A DNA stretch of 64,000 nucleotides from Actinomycetes bacterium (GCA_038252405.1 JBBSAJ010000003.1:72381-136380); one strand, 5' to 3'; shown: positions 10,332 to 20,647, numbered from the stretch's first letter. Notes: generated from the letters alone by a model not told the origin. Program-made: numbers and translations.

Positions 10332-11366
10332 TCATGCCGCCTCCGGTGACTTGGTGCCCAGGGCGCGGAGGTGTCCGTCGCGTAGGGCGTAGAAGACGTA
10401 CTCCAGTTGCAGTCGGGCCGCAGCGACAGCACCGATGTTGCGGCCTCGTTTGGCTCCGATCCGGTCTCGGATGCCTCCGACGTGGGTGGTTTTGGGCAGG
10501 ATCTGCACCGACTCGATCACCGCCCAGCGGACCAGCCGTGAGCCTTGCTTGGTGATCGAGCCGCGATGGACGTGGGTGTCGGACTCGTGGTGCTTGGGAG
10601 TCAGCCCGGCCCAGCAGGTCAGCTGCTCGGCCCGGGCGAACCGGGTGATGTCTCTGATCTCGGCGACCAGCACCGCTCCCAGGATCGGCCCGATCCCGGG
10701 GATCGTCTGCACTGCCGCGTAGCCGGGGTCTCGGGCTAGGCGGCCGCGGACCAGCCCGGTGAACACCTCGATCTCGAAGTCGATCCCCTCCAGCAGGCGA
10801 CGCAGCGACGCGATCCGAGCCGCGTACGGCGCCGGAAGGTCCAGTCGGTCGAGCAGCTCGTTGCCGGCGACGCCGAACAAGTCGACCATCAGCACCTGGA
10901 TCCCGCACTTGGCCAACACGGCGTGGACCTCGGCCTTGCAGTGTGACCGCAGCCCGACGAGCTTGGCTCGGTGCCGGACCAGCTCACGCAGCTCCCGCGT
11001 CGCCGGTGGGGCGATCCACGCCTCCGGCAACCGTCCCATCCGCAGCAGATCAGCCAGGTCAGAAGCGTCGCGTTCGTCGTTCTTCACCCGCCGGTACTCA
11101 AAGGCCTTCACCCCCAGCGGGTGCGCCAAGTGCACGACCGCACCCAGCTCAGCCAGGGCATCCGCCGCCCAGTACCACCCATATGTCGCTTCCAAGACGA
11201 CCTCAGGGGCCTCACCGGCCCGAGCCATCACCGCCGCCAGCCGATCAACATCGTTGACGATCCGCACGCACTCCAAGCGTTCACCCGTGTCGGTCGTCCG
11301 CACGATCACCGAACGACGCCGATGCAGATCGATCCCCACGAACTGCCTACCCACGTACCCTTCCAT
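10332..11366 (-). CDS. IS110-family transposase (DEDD recombinase)
   Basis: FVGIDLH, VLEATYGW, KNDERDA (DEDD); IPGIG and WAGLTPKHHESD (catalytic Ser); RBS AAGGAGG before ATG 11366. Confidence 0.96.
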   Translation of the reverse strand: MEGYVGRQFVGIDLHRRRSVIVRTTDTGERLECVRIVNDVDRLAAVMARAGEAPEVVLEATYGWYWAADALAELGAVVHLAHPLGVKAFEYRRVKNDERDASDLADLLRMGRLPEAWIAPPATRELRELVRHRAKLVGLRSHCKAEVHAVLAKCGIQVLMVDLFGVAGNELLDRLDLPAPYAARIASLRRLLEGIDFEIEVFTGLVRGRLARDPGYAAVQTIPGIGPILGAVLVAEIRDITRFARAEQLTCWAGLTPKHHESDTHVHRGSITKQGSRLVRWAVIESVQILPKTTHVGGIRDRIGAKRGRNIGAVAAARLQLEYVFYALRDGHLRALGTKSPEAA

Positions 11367-11454
11367 CAGGGCCTCCTTCGTCGTAGACGTGAGCACCCCC
11401 AGCATCCCGCCGGGAAAGAGTCACGGGGAGCGGAGGCCCCGCTCCTTCATCGCA

Positions 11455-11937
11455 TCAGCGGACCCGCTTGCCGTCCTCGAGATACCGCACCCGGTTCGGC
11501 TTCTTCACGGTGGCCCTGACCCGGCGGCGGACCGGGCCGCTGAGCAGCGACAGGGCCTCGTCGACCGTAGCCAGTCGGTGCGCAGAGATCTCCTCGGCCT
11601 GCAGGACGACGCCGTCCAAGGTGTCGTCGTCCAGCCGACCGCAGTCGAAGAGGAACCGGATGCCGCCAGGGCGGCCCGGCCGGGGGCGCAGGAAGTCCAC
11701 ACACACCAGCCGACCGCGTCCGACGACCAGGCCGGTCTCCTCGAGGGTCTCCCGCCGGCAGGCCTCCCAGGGCGTCTCCCCGTCGGCCTCGACGATGCCG
11801 CCGGGGATCGTCCAGCCCCCCTTGTAGGTGGGGTTGAGGATCAGCAGCCGCCCCCGGCGGTCCCAGATGAGTGCTCCGGCCGATGCCGGGATCCTCGGCA
11901 GGGACGCTTCCTCACTCATGACCTGTTGGTCGATCAC
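11455..11937 (-). CDS. NUDIX hydrolase
   Basis: Nudix box GGIVEADGETPWEACRRETLEETG. Confidence 0.9.
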   Translation of the reverse strand: MIDQQVMSEEASLPRIPASAGALIWDRRGRLLILNPTYKGGWTIPGGIVEADGETPWEACRRETLEETGLVVGRGRLVCVDFLRPRPGRPGGIRFLFDCGRLDDDTLDGVVLQAEEISAHRLATVDEALSLLSGPVRRRVRATVKKPNRVRYLEDGKRVR

Positions 11938-11938
11938 C

Positions 11939-13462
11939 TCAGCCGATCGCCTCGTCCACGCGTGCGGTCGCCTCCTGCGCGGCCGCGCGCGTCGCCGCCA
12001 CCAGCGCGGTTGCTTCGCCGAGGAGGCCAGCGCCCAACGCCGGGTCCGTCATCGAGGCGACGTTGATGCGCACGTTGTAGGCGGCTCCGCGGCAGGCGGC
12101 CTCGGCGAGCAGCGCGGCGACGCCGGAGTCGCTCACAGTGTTCGTGTTCCCCTTGGCCGCACAGGTAGCGGCCAGGCGAGCGACGTCGCGGCAGGCCCGG
12201 GCCGTCTCCAGCGGCGCCTGGGCCGCTTTCAGCAGCGCCGCCTGGATCTCTTCTTCACGCGCGGCCGCGGCGTCACCGTCACTCGGCAGCTTGTACGCCG
12301 CGGTCACCAACGCGTAGGCGTCGGCGTCCTCCTGCACGAGCGCGCCCAGCCGACCGCCGAGCGCCGCGGCCTCGAGCGCGAGCGTCGTCATCTCCACCTC
12401 GACCGCTGCGTACTTCTTGCGCCCGACCGTCAGCCCGGCGACCATCTGCGCGAGCGCCGCCGCGAGCTGGCCGGCGAGCGCGCTCACACTCCCCCCGCCC
12501 GGCACGGGTGCGCTGCCCGCGACACTCGCGACGAAGTCGCCCAGCGACTCGCCGCGCTGCGCTTCGCGCACCTTGCGCTCGAGGACCAGGTCGGTGGAGA
12601 AGTCCGGCAGCCGGATGTGCCGGGCCGCGGCCTCAAAGAGCACCTTCTCCGGCACCAGGCCGACCAGCTCGCTCCGGGTGGGCGAGACTCCCCGTGCCTC
12701 CGCCTCGGCCCGGACGAAGTCGAAGACGCGCGACAGCGGCGTCTGGTCGGTATCGACGAGGTTCATCGACACCTGCGCCTGCCCGTCGACCTCGAGCCCG
12801 AGCGCCTTGACGTAGCGGAACCCGCCGCTCGACCCGCGCGCCGCCTTCGCGACGTCCTTGGCGACCTGCAGGTTCTGCGAACCGCCAAGATAGACGTTGT
12901 ACGCCACCAGGAAAGGCCGAGCGCCGATGATGGTCGCGCCGGCCGTGGGGTGGACGGCATTGGGGCCGAAGTCGGGGACCCGGTCCGGGTTGGTCCCGAT
13001 CGCGGTGCGCGCCAGCTCGAACTCGCCACGGCGGACGTCGGCCAGGTTCTGTCGGTCCGGGCGGGTGGCCGCCCGCTCGTAGAGGAACACTGGGATGCCG
13101 AGCTCGTCACCGACCCGCCGGCCCAGCTCCCGGGCCAGCGCGACGCAGTCGTCCATCGTGGCGCCCTCGAGCGGGATGAACGGACAGACGTCGGTGGCGC
13201 CGATCCGCGGATGCTCACCCTGGTGCGAGGTGAGGTCGATCAGCTCACGCGCCTTCGCGATGCCTTTGAAGGCCGCCTGCACCGCGACGGACGACGGAGC
13301 GACGAAGGTGACGACGGTCCGGTTGTGGCTCGGGTCCGACGACACGTCGAGGACGGCGACGTCGGCCACGCTGGCGATGGCGTCCCGGATGGCGGCGATG
13401 ACCTCGGGGCGGCGCCCCTCGGAGAAGTTGGGGACGCACTCCACGAGCGGCACGACAGCCAC
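11939..13462 (-). CDS. ftcD: Glutamate formimidoyltransferase / formiminotetrahydrofolate cyclodeaminase (bifunctional)
   Basis: LVECVPNFSEGR, SHNRTVVT, GEHPRIGATDVCPFIP; C-terminal cyclodeaminase PVPGGGSVSA...GNTNTVSD...NVRIN. Confidence 0.93.
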   Translation of the reverse strand: MAVVPLVECVPNFSEGRRPEVIAAIRDAIASVADVAVLDVSSDPSHNRTVVTFVAPSSVAVQAAFKGIAKARELIDLTSHQGEHPRIGATDVCPFIPLEGATMDDCVALARELGRRVGDELGIPVFLYERAATRPDRQNLADVRRGEFELARTAIGTNPDRVPDFGPNAVHPTAGATIIGARPFLVAYNVYLGGSQNLQVAKDVAKAARGSSGGFRYVKALGLEVDGQAQVSMNLVDTDQTPLSRVFDFVRAEAEARGVSPTRSELVGLVPEKVLFEAAARHIRLPDFSTDLVLERKVREAQRGESLGDFVASVAGSAPVPGGGSVSALAGQLAAALAQMVAGLTVGRKKYAAVEVEMTTLALEAAALGGRLGALVQEDADAYALVTAAYKLPSDGDAAAAREEEIQAALLKAAQAPLETARACRDVARLAATCAAKGNTNTVSDSGVAALLAEAACRGAAYNVRINVASMTDPALGAGLLGEATALVAATRAAAQEATARVDEAIG

Positions 13463-13585
13463 CCTACAAGCCGGACGATCCCCGAGGACGGCCGATCAAG
13501 AGGTGCCGGGAAGCCAGTCGGCAAGCAGGCCGCCGACCTGGCCAGGCTGTGACACGATCAAGTCCACCGACCTGCGGAGGATGCG

Positions 13586-15070
13586 ATGGACCCGGTGGTT
13601 TCCCTGGCGCAAGGGCAGCTGCGCGGCACGCAGATGGACGGGGCGCTGTCCTTCAAGGGCATCCCGTACGCAGCGTCCCCGTTCGGAGCCAAGCGTTTTG
13701 CGGCACCCGGGGCGGCGCCGTCGTGGGACGGCGTTCGGGATGCCGTGGACTACGGCCCGACCGTTCCCAAGCCGCCGTACCCCAGCCCGATCGACCAGCT
13801 GCTGCCGGAACCGGTCATCCCCGGCGAGGACTGTCTGAACCTCAACGTCTGGACCCCGGCTCTCGACGCGGGCCGCCATCCGGTGCTGGTGTGGATCCAC
13901 GGTGGCGCGTTCGTCAACGGTAGCGGGGCGGTCAGCGCCTACGACGGGTCGAGGTTCGCTCGTGACGGCGTCGTGTGCGTGACGATCAACTACCGGCTCG
14001 GCGTCGACGGCTTCGGACTCATCGACGGGGCGCCAGCCAACCGTGGTCTGCTCGACCAGGTCGCCGCTTTGCGGTGGGTGCGCGACAACATCACCTCTTT
14101 CGGGGGCGATCCGGACGCGGTGACCGTCGCTGGCGAGTCGGCCGGCGCGATGAGTGTGACGACGCTGTTGTCGATGCCCGCGGCTGCGGGTCTCTTCCGA
14201 CGTGCGATCGCGCAGAGCGGCGCGGGGCACAACGTCCTGCCGGCGTCGACCGCCGCGAGCGTGACCGCGGCCCTCGCCGATCGGCTTGGTGTCCAGGCGA
14301 CGGTGGACGGGTTCGCGGCGGTTCCCGTTGCCGGGCTCGTCGCCGCCCAGGCCGAGCTGTCAGCGAGCATCGCGGCCGTGCCGAACCCGGCCGTGTGGGG
14401 CGAGATCGCCACCCACATGATGGCCTTCGAGCCGGTCATCGACGGGGAGGTCGTCCCGGCCCGGCCGATCGACCGGCTGGCCGAAGGGGCCGGCACCGAC
14501 GTGGATGTGCTGATCGGCACCAACTCCGACGAGCACGCGCTGTTCCTCGTCCCCAGCGGCATCGTCGACCTGGTCAACGATGCCGTGCTGGCGATGGCGC
14601 TCATGCTGGTCGGGGCAGATGCAGGCGCCGTCGCAGCCACCTACCGCGCGGCCCAGCCGGACGCCTCACCCGGTGAGATCATGATCGCCGCGGTCGGAGA
14701 CTGGTTCTTCCGCGTGCCGGCGATCCGCGTGGCCGAGGCTCGGTTGGCCCACGGTGCCGAGACCCACGTCTACGAGTTCGGCTGGCGCTCGCCACAGTTC
14801 GGTGGCCGGCTCGGTGCCTGCCACGCCCTCGAGATCGGATTCGTCTTCGACAACCTCCACGACCGCTCCGGTGAGCCACTGGCCGGGTCTGCGCCCCCAC
14901 AGGTGCTGGCCGACGAGGTGCACGGCGCGTGGGTGGCCTTCGTCAAGTCCGGCGATCCGGGCTGGGCCCCCTACGGGGACGACCGGACCGTTCGTCGGTT
15001 CGGCAGCCCGAGCGAGACCGTGATCGACCCTCGCTCCGCCCAGCGCCAGGCCTGGGACGGCGTCCGCTGA
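13586..15070 (+). CDS. Type-B carboxylesterase (PnbA-like)
   Basis: EDCLNLNVWTP, WIHGGAF, GESAG, GACHALEI. Confidence 0.94.
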   Translation: MDPVVSLAQGQLRGTQMDGALSFKGIPYAASPFGAKRFAAPGAAPSWDGVRDAVDYGPTVPKPPYPSPIDQLLPEPVIPGEDCLNLNVWTPALDAGRHPVLVWIHGGAFVNGSGAVSAYDGSRFARDGVVCVTINYRLGVDGFGLIDGAPANRGLLDQVAALRWVRDNITSFGGDPDAVTVAGESAGAMSVTTLLSMPAAAGLFRRAIAQSGAGHNVLPASTAASVTAALADRLGVQATVDGFAAVPVAGLVAAQAELSASIAAVPNPAVWGEIATHMMAFEPVIDGEVVPARPIDRLAEGAGTDVDVLIGTNSDEHALFLVPSGIVDLVNDAVLAMALMLVGADAGAVAATYRAAQPDASPGEIMIAAVGDWFFRVPAIRVAEARLAHGAETHVYEFGWRSPQFGGRLGACHALEIGFVFDNLHDRSGEPLAGSAPPQVLADEVHGAWVAFVKSGDPGWAPYGDDRTVRRFGSPSETVIDPRSAQRQAWDGVR

Positions 15071-15107
15071 CCTGATGACCTCACGTCGTCGGCGACGGGA
15101 CGAGAAC

Positions 15108-15484
15108 CTACTGGCTGATATCCGACAGCCACCTTTTCGCATCTCGGGGAGTGCGCAGTCGGACCCAGCTGGCCCGAGAGTCGGCCGCGCTGGCCTCCTC
15201 ATAGTCATGGCGGTAGCCCCGGTGCTGGGTCCAGGACCACAGCAGGACGTTCTCCCGCCGGTCGGTGTTCATCAGCGACGCCCAGCTCTCCCGGTTGCCG
15301 TTCCACAGCTCTCGTCGAAGCACCACCCGGCTCAGGGTTCGCCGGACGACTCGAGGGAAGACCACGCTCCTGGGGTAGTCGAACCACACGCTAGCTGGCG
15401 CGCCAGGCTGGTCTTGCCGGAGCCGCTGTTGCCAACGACGCAGATCCTGGCCGGCCCGCCGTCGCGCCCTCCGCGGCTTGTCAC
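15108..15484 (-). pseudogene. Adenylate-kinase-like / FlaR-like P-loop protein with internal deletion
   Basis: RICVVGNSGSGKTSLARQLA joins out of frame directly to VWFDYPRSVVFPRVVRRT...ELWNGNRES; the usual middle part (DGNY motif) is missing. Confidence 0.7.
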
Positions 15485-16437
15485 AGGGACTGCAGGAAGC
15501 CGATCAACCCGGGAAAGTAGTGCTGCGGGTCGTCGAACTGGGACAGGTGGCTGCCGTCGGGGCAGTGCAGGTAGGAGCCCCGGGGCAGCTGCTCGGACAT
15601 CCACCGCATGTGCGCCGGGTCCATCGTGTCGTGGGTGGCGCCGATGACCAGGGTCGGCACGTCGACGTCCTTCAGGTCGGCCGAGCGGTCCCAGTGCTCG
15701 AGGGTCCCGCTCATCCCAAGCTCGCTGGGCCCCTGCATCGGCACGTAGATCGCCGGGTTGATGTGGGCGAGCGACCGGACCACCGGGTCGGGCCACTCTT
15801 CCAGCGGAAGCCGACAGACGTGCAGCGTGTAGTGGTGCTCCATGAGGAGCTCCTCATACCGCGGGTTGTCGGTGGTGCCATCCGCCTCGAACTGCTTGAT
15901 CTCCGCTAGCACGGCCTGGTCCATGGCTGGCATAAGGACTTCGGTGGCGTACTCGTTGTACAGACGCGAGCTCGACATCATGTTGGAGATCACCAGGCCC
16001 TTGAGGTGCTCCTGGTGGTGGACTGCGTACTCCATCGCGAGCAGGCCGCCCCAGGACTGCCCCAGCAGCACGAAGCTGCTTGCGTCCAGGCCGAGCGCAA
16101 GTCGGACCTGCTCGACCTCGTCGACGAACCGGCCCAAGTCCCACAATGACGGGTCGTCGGGCTGGTCACTGCGGAACGAGCCAAGCTGGTCGTAGTAGTA
16201 GTACTCGATGCCAGCACCAGGGAACCAGACGTCGAAGCACTCGTAGAGCTCGTCTGTCGCTCCGGGACCGCCGTGCAGGAGAAGCACCTTGAGGTCCGGG
16301 TTGGTGCCGACCCGTTTCGTCCACACGCGAAAGTCGCCGCTCGGCGTGCTGATCGGCACCATCCGCGACCCGCCCGAGAGCACGTCTCGCGGGTCCCAGT
16401 CGGAGGTGTCGTAGTACGTCTCAGGTGGGTGCCCCAT
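15481..16437 (-). CDS. Proline iminopeptidase family hydrolase
   Basis: LLHGGPG, YDQLGS, GQSWGG, GSHLSQFDD. Confidence 0.92.
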   Translation of the reverse strand: MGHPPETYYDTSDWDPRDVLSGGSRMVPISTPSGDFRVWTKRVGTNPDLKVLLLHGGPGATDELYECFDVWFPGAGIEYYYYDQLGSFRSDQPDDPSLWDLGRFVDEVEQVRLALGLDASSFVLLGQSWGGLLAMEYAVHHQEHLKGLVISNMMSSSRLYNEYATEVLMPAMDQAVLAEIKQFEADGTTDNPRYEELLMEHHYTLHVCRLPLEEWPDPVVRSLAHINPAIYVPMQGPSELGMSGTLEHWDRSADLKDVDVPTLVIGATHDTMDPAHMRWMSEQLPRGSYLHCPDGSHLSQFDDPQHYFPGLIGFLQSL

Positions 16438-16554
16438 CGCCGCAATGTAGCCCGGACAGAAGGCCCGCGGCTGGCGTCGCGCCAACATGGTCGGTTGCCG
16501 GACCAAAGCCCCGCTGTTGCGGGTCCAGTGCCAGTGCGCGACGTGGTCGCGCGG

Positions 16555-17020
16555 CCGCGTACTGGACGACGTTCCACCACGATCCGGCCCGTACCGGTCT
16601 GGCCACCGGCCTCCCAGCGTTCGGCTCCGCAGGGTCGTGGCCGCGACCGAGAACGACAGCATCTACGCCTTGGACGCAGCCACCGGTGCGGTGCTGTGGC
16701 GCCAGCACATCGGGACGCCGGCGACCCTCGCGCAGCTGCCCTGCGGCGACATCAACTCCCTCGGCATCACCAGCACCCCGGTGTATGACCCGGCGACTGG
16801 CCGGGTGTTCGCGCTGGCCGAGACCTCGGGCGGTGGGCACCTGCTCGTGGGGTCGACGTCGCGACCGGGCGGGTCGCCGTTCGGGCGCCCGTCACGCTTT
16901 CGCGCGGCGTGCAGCCGGCGTTCCAGCAGCGCGCGGCGCTGGCGCTGGTTGACGGGCGCGTCTACATCCCATTCGGCGGCCTGTACGGCGGCTGCGGAAG
17001 CTACGTCGGGTACATAGACG
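16555..17020 (+). pseudogene. PQQ-like beta-propeller protein remnant
   Basis: Pieces in different frames: WTTFHHDPARTG; ATENDSIYALDAATGAVLW...GITSTPVYD; QQRAALALVDGRVYIPFGG. Confidence 0.7.
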
Positions 17021-17097
17021 ACTCTTCGAGTCCATGCCGGTCGTCTAAGGCCGGCATCTCGCCGAGTATCAGCGGTGCCGAGCCCTGGCCGGCGGTC

Positions 17098-18380
17098 CTA
17101 CCAGCCAGGCTCGGTGAGGCGGATGAAGGCGCCCAGCTCGGCGAGGCCGTTCGGGGAGTGGGGCAGGTAGTCGGTGAGCAGCGGTGAGCGCAGCACGATC
17201 GTGGCCCATTGCCCGCGGGACACGGCGACGTTGACCCGGTTGCGGGAGAGTAGGAACTCCATTCCTCGCGGCACGTCAGCCGGTGAGGACGCCGCCATCG
17301 ACACCATGACCACCGGCGCCTGTTGGCCCTGGAGCTTGTCGACCGTCCCGACCCGGACCCCGGCAAGGCCGGCGCGCGTGAGCTCACTACGCAGCAACGC
17401 CACCTGCGCGTTGTAGGCCGCGACCACCAGCAGGTCGCTCTGCGCGAGCGGCCGTGGGGCGGGGCCCTCCTCCGGGGCGGTCCACGGTAGGCCGGTGAGC
17501 TGGTGCACGAGCTGGACGATCCGGGCGGCCTCCTCAGGTGACGCGACCGCGTTCCCCTGGTGGTCAACCTCGACGACGTGCAGCCCGGGTTCGAGTCCAT
17601 CCAACCGGCGGGCATCGGTGGCGGCCTCGTGGGAGTGCAGCCGGCCGTCGTAGGCGAGCACGGAGACCCGTTCGCACAGCGACCGGTGCATGCGCCAGGT
17701 CTTCTTCAGGAAGTACCCGCGCGCCGGCGGGAGGGTGGCGTGCCCCTCGTTGAGCCAGCCGAGCGCGAATTCGTTGACGGGTTGGGGGTGGGTGCCCTGG
17801 CTGACCTGCGGCAGCTGCTGCGGGTCGCCGAGCAGCAGCAGCCGTTGCGCGGCGACCGACACCGCGAGGGTGTTCGCCAGGGCGAACTGACCGGCCTCGT
17901 CGATCACGAGCAGGTCGAGCTGACCCCGACCCACCCGGTTGAGGTTGGTGAAGCCCCAGGCGGTGCCCCCGACGAGGCAACCCTCGACATGGTCGGCGAG
18001 GAAGCCGGCGAGCTGGTTTGCCGTGTGCAGCGCGGTCCACCGAGGGACATCGGCGTGCTTGGGCTCCTTGCCGACCTGCTCCCCCGGCAGGCCCGCGTCG
18101 ACCGCGGCGTCCAGGAAATGCTCAACGACGGCATGGGACTGAGCCACCACGCCGACCCGCCAGCCGCGTTCGACGAGGGCTTTCACCACGCGGGCGCCGA
18201 CGTAGGTCTTGCCGGTGCCGGGTGGGCCCTGCACGGCGACGTAGGAGCAGTCGAGGTCGGCGATCGCCGCGGTGAGGGCCTCGAGGACGCCGTCAGGACC
18301 GTCCCCGACCGGCGGAAGCCCACCGGCGAGGGTGCGGGGCGGGACCCTGCCGAGCACGTCGAGCCCGGGCTGCGGACCCA
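17098..18380 (-). pseudogene. C-terminal SF1 (Upf1-like) helicase part of a TM0106-family RecB-nuclease/helicase, 5' truncated
   Basis: VQGPPGTGKT, IDEAGQ, GDPQQL, YNAQV, VGTVDKLQG, NRVNVAVSR; no credible start and no nuclease domain. Confidence 0.75.
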
Positions 18381-18388
18381 GGCCCGAG

Positions 18389-18544
18389 CTGAGGGTTGCT
18401 TGGATCCATCTACCACGCGAAGCTGCCGGATACGTCAACGTGCGCTCCCGCAGTGGCGGCATCACGGTGCTGGAAGAGGACGACTTCTTCCACAACCGCA
18501 CCCTGGTCAGCCTGAACGACACCTCGCACCTTGCAGGCGTATAG
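18389..18544 (+). pseudogene. Probable 3' remnant of a histidine phosphatase family gene
   Basis: [25 protein letters not shown] resembles the family C-terminal ND.SHL motif; no N-terminal RHG motif. Confidence 0.45.
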
Positions 18545-18839
18545 CCCAGGAAACGACCGACCCGGCAGGGGCGCGCCGATCGGTGCGCTGCCGGTAGCGC
18601 GGTGCTCCTACTTCATCGGGCGTGGCCGTCGGCCGCGTCGAGGGTCTGGGCAAGCAGGACAGCGATGGTCATCGGTCCGACCCCGCCGGGGACGGGTGTG
18701 ATGTGTGAGGCTCGTTCAGCCGCGGCGGCGAACTCCACGTCGCCTGCCGAACCTGGCAGGGTGTGATGAAGGTGCAGAACTCACGGACATCCGGCCTGCC
18801 GGCAGCAGCAGACTTGCGAGACGGTGGCAGCAGTCGGAT

Positions 18840-18888
18840 GGTTGACAGGGTTGACGCGCGGGGTACAGTTGCGGTTGACAGGGTTGAC
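18840..18888 (+). promoter_or_regulatory. Sigma70-type promoter with direct-repeat operator for the TA operon
   Basis: TTGACA (18842-18847), 16 nt, TACAGT (18864-18869); GGTTGACAGGGTTGAC at 18840-18855 and 18873-18888. Confidence 0.65.
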
Positions 18889-18903
18889 ATGAGGGGAGTC
18901 CAG

Positions 18904-19521
18904 ATGCCATCGCAGCGAGCCGGCGTGGTCGCCACGCGAGCGCGGACCCGACCGACGGTGGCCGACGACCCGGTCGCCCGACTGACGGCCGCGCTGCCGA
19001 CCCTGCCGCGCAGCCACGTCAGCCTGATGGCGGAGATGCTGCGCGAGCTTACCCGGCGCGACCCGCAGGGGACTGTGCTCGAGCGCAGCGACGACCTGCA
19101 GCGGCTCGCCGAGCAGGCAGCCGACCGCATCGTCGATGCGGCTGATGTCTGGGTCGAGCACCTCGGCGAGTTCTACGACACCTCCGGGGTGGCCGAGCTG
19201 CTGGCCCCGGCCGGCGAGAGGATCAGCCGGCAGGCGGTCCACAAGCGCAAGGGGCTGCTGGCGCTGACGACTGGGGACGGCAAGACCGTGTACCCGGCGT
19301 TCCAGTTCCGCGCTCGGCGCCCGGCGCCCGGGCTGGCCGAGGTGCTGGCCCTGCTGCCCGAACGGCTGGTGTCCGCGTGGACGGTCGCGTCGTGGCTGCG
19401 CACTCCGGATGCCGACCTGGACGGCCAGGCGCCGATCGACGTGCTGTTCGAGTCCGGCCCAGAGGGCCGCGCCGCGGTGCGCACCGCCGCCCGGGACTGG
19501 GCGGCCGCCCTCAGCCGATGA
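18904..19521 (+). CDS. Antitoxin, Xre/MbcA/ParS-like
   Basis: ISRQAVHKR, YPAFQF, WLRTPDADLDGQAPIDVL; RBS GAGGGGAG; ATGA overlap with the RES gene. Confidence 0.8.
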   Translation: MPSQRAGVVATRARTRPTVADDPVARLTAALPTLPRSHVSLMAEMLRELTRRDPQGTVLERSDDLQRLAEQAADRIVDAADVWVEHLGEFYDTSGVAELLAPAGERISRQAVHKRKGLLALTTGDGKTVYPAFQFRARRPAPGLAEVLALLPERLVSAWTVASWLRTPDADLDGQAPIDVLFESGPEGRAAVRTAARDWAAALSR

Positions 19522-20150
19522 GCCTGGGACCGCCGCCGGCCGACCTGACGGGGTTCCCCCTGCGACCATCGAGGCGCGCCCCGCGGACGCTGTACCGGCT
19601 GTACTGGCATCGCAACCGAGCGGGCGCGCTGAACTCGGCCTGGAACTTCACCAGCGACCCTCCGGGGGCCAACCGCTTCGACCTGCCGGCCCCCGCCGGC
19701 ACCTGCTACTGGTCGGACGTCGCCTACGGCGCGTTCGTGGAGGTCTTCCGCGGGCTGCGGGTGATCGACCCGTCGGACGTCGACCGGCGCCGGTTGTTCG
19801 TCGCCACCCCGCCGGGCCTGCGCCTGGCCGACACCACGGCCCCGCGTGCCTACTCCTTCGGCGTCACCGTCGAGCTGCCCGCCGTCACGCCGTACGACCT
19901 GCCGCAGCAGTGGGCGACACGGCTGGCCAGCCTGGGCGTGGACGGGCTGGTCGCGCTGTGCCGGCACGACCCCAGCGGGCACGCCCGCACCGTTGCGATC
20001 TTCGGGCGGGCCGGCACGCCCGTCCGCCGCGCCCGATGGCGAGTCCGGCGCACCAGGATGGACCGCGATCCGACGCTGACGGCGGACCTGCGCCGGCTCG
20101 GCGTGCGGACGGTCCCCATCCCGTTCAGCGTGCCGACCGTGCGACCGTAG
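19518..20150 (+). CDS. RES-domain toxin (NAD+ phosphorylase family)
   Basis: LYRL...NRFDLPAPAGTCYW...AFVE...PYDLPQQWA...RHDP. Confidence 0.82.
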   Translation: MSLGPPPADLTGFPLRPSRRAPRTLYRLYWHRNRAGALNSAWNFTSDPPGANRFDLPAPAGTCYWSDVAYGAFVEVFRGLRVIDPSDVDRRRLFVATPPGLRLADTTAPRAYSFGVTVELPAVTPYDLPQQWATRLASLGVDGLVALCRHDPSGHARTVAIFGRAGTPVRRARWRVRRTRMDRDPTLTADLRRLGVRTVPIPFSVPTVRP

Positions 20151-20647
20151 CGCCGCTGAACCCCCTGCTGTCGGGGCCAGGCAGGTACCGAACTGACACC
20201 CCTACGGCCGGAACATTGCGACGTGGCGCCAGGTCGCGGAGGTGGAAGACCGGAGCGCTGGGTGCCGATGGACTGAGGGCACCGCCCGCGAGGGGCACGG
20301 CCGTACCCCAGCCCAGGGGCCAGGCGCCCGGGAAGCCGCCCGGGGCAATGAGCCACCATCGATCACAGCACCCCGCCGAACTCAGCGGGCCGCGGCAAAC
20401 GGGGTTCCCATGGGGCGTCGAAGTGTCTTGAGGCTGTCGCTGTGGGCCGCTGCCAGCCGCGCCCTTCACGTAACGGTGGGAAGGCCACTGACACGGGATC
20501 GGAGCCGTACTCGGGTACCCCTGCCCCGCTCGCTCCGGTCATCAGTTTGGACAGTGCTCCACCCTGCGCCCGGCGCACACCGACGTGCCGGTAGGTGCGG
20601 TCGGTGGGTCGGCCAAGCGCGCTGCTCAGACTGCTCCCTGCCGTCCC

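Larger units (their letters stand above)
9907..11456 (-). mobile_element. IS110-family (IS1111-type) insertion sequence
   Basis: Sub-terminal inverted repeats TGAAGGAACGGGG (9913-9925) and CCCCGCTCCTTCA (11437-11449); CATC at both boundaries (9907-9910, 11453-11456); DEDD transposase inside. Confidence 0.85.

Noticed and set aside
20151-20647. ncRNA or small gene in the 500-nt gap after the RES toxin
   Set aside because: No recognisable RNA family, motif or credible ORF; probably decayed sequence
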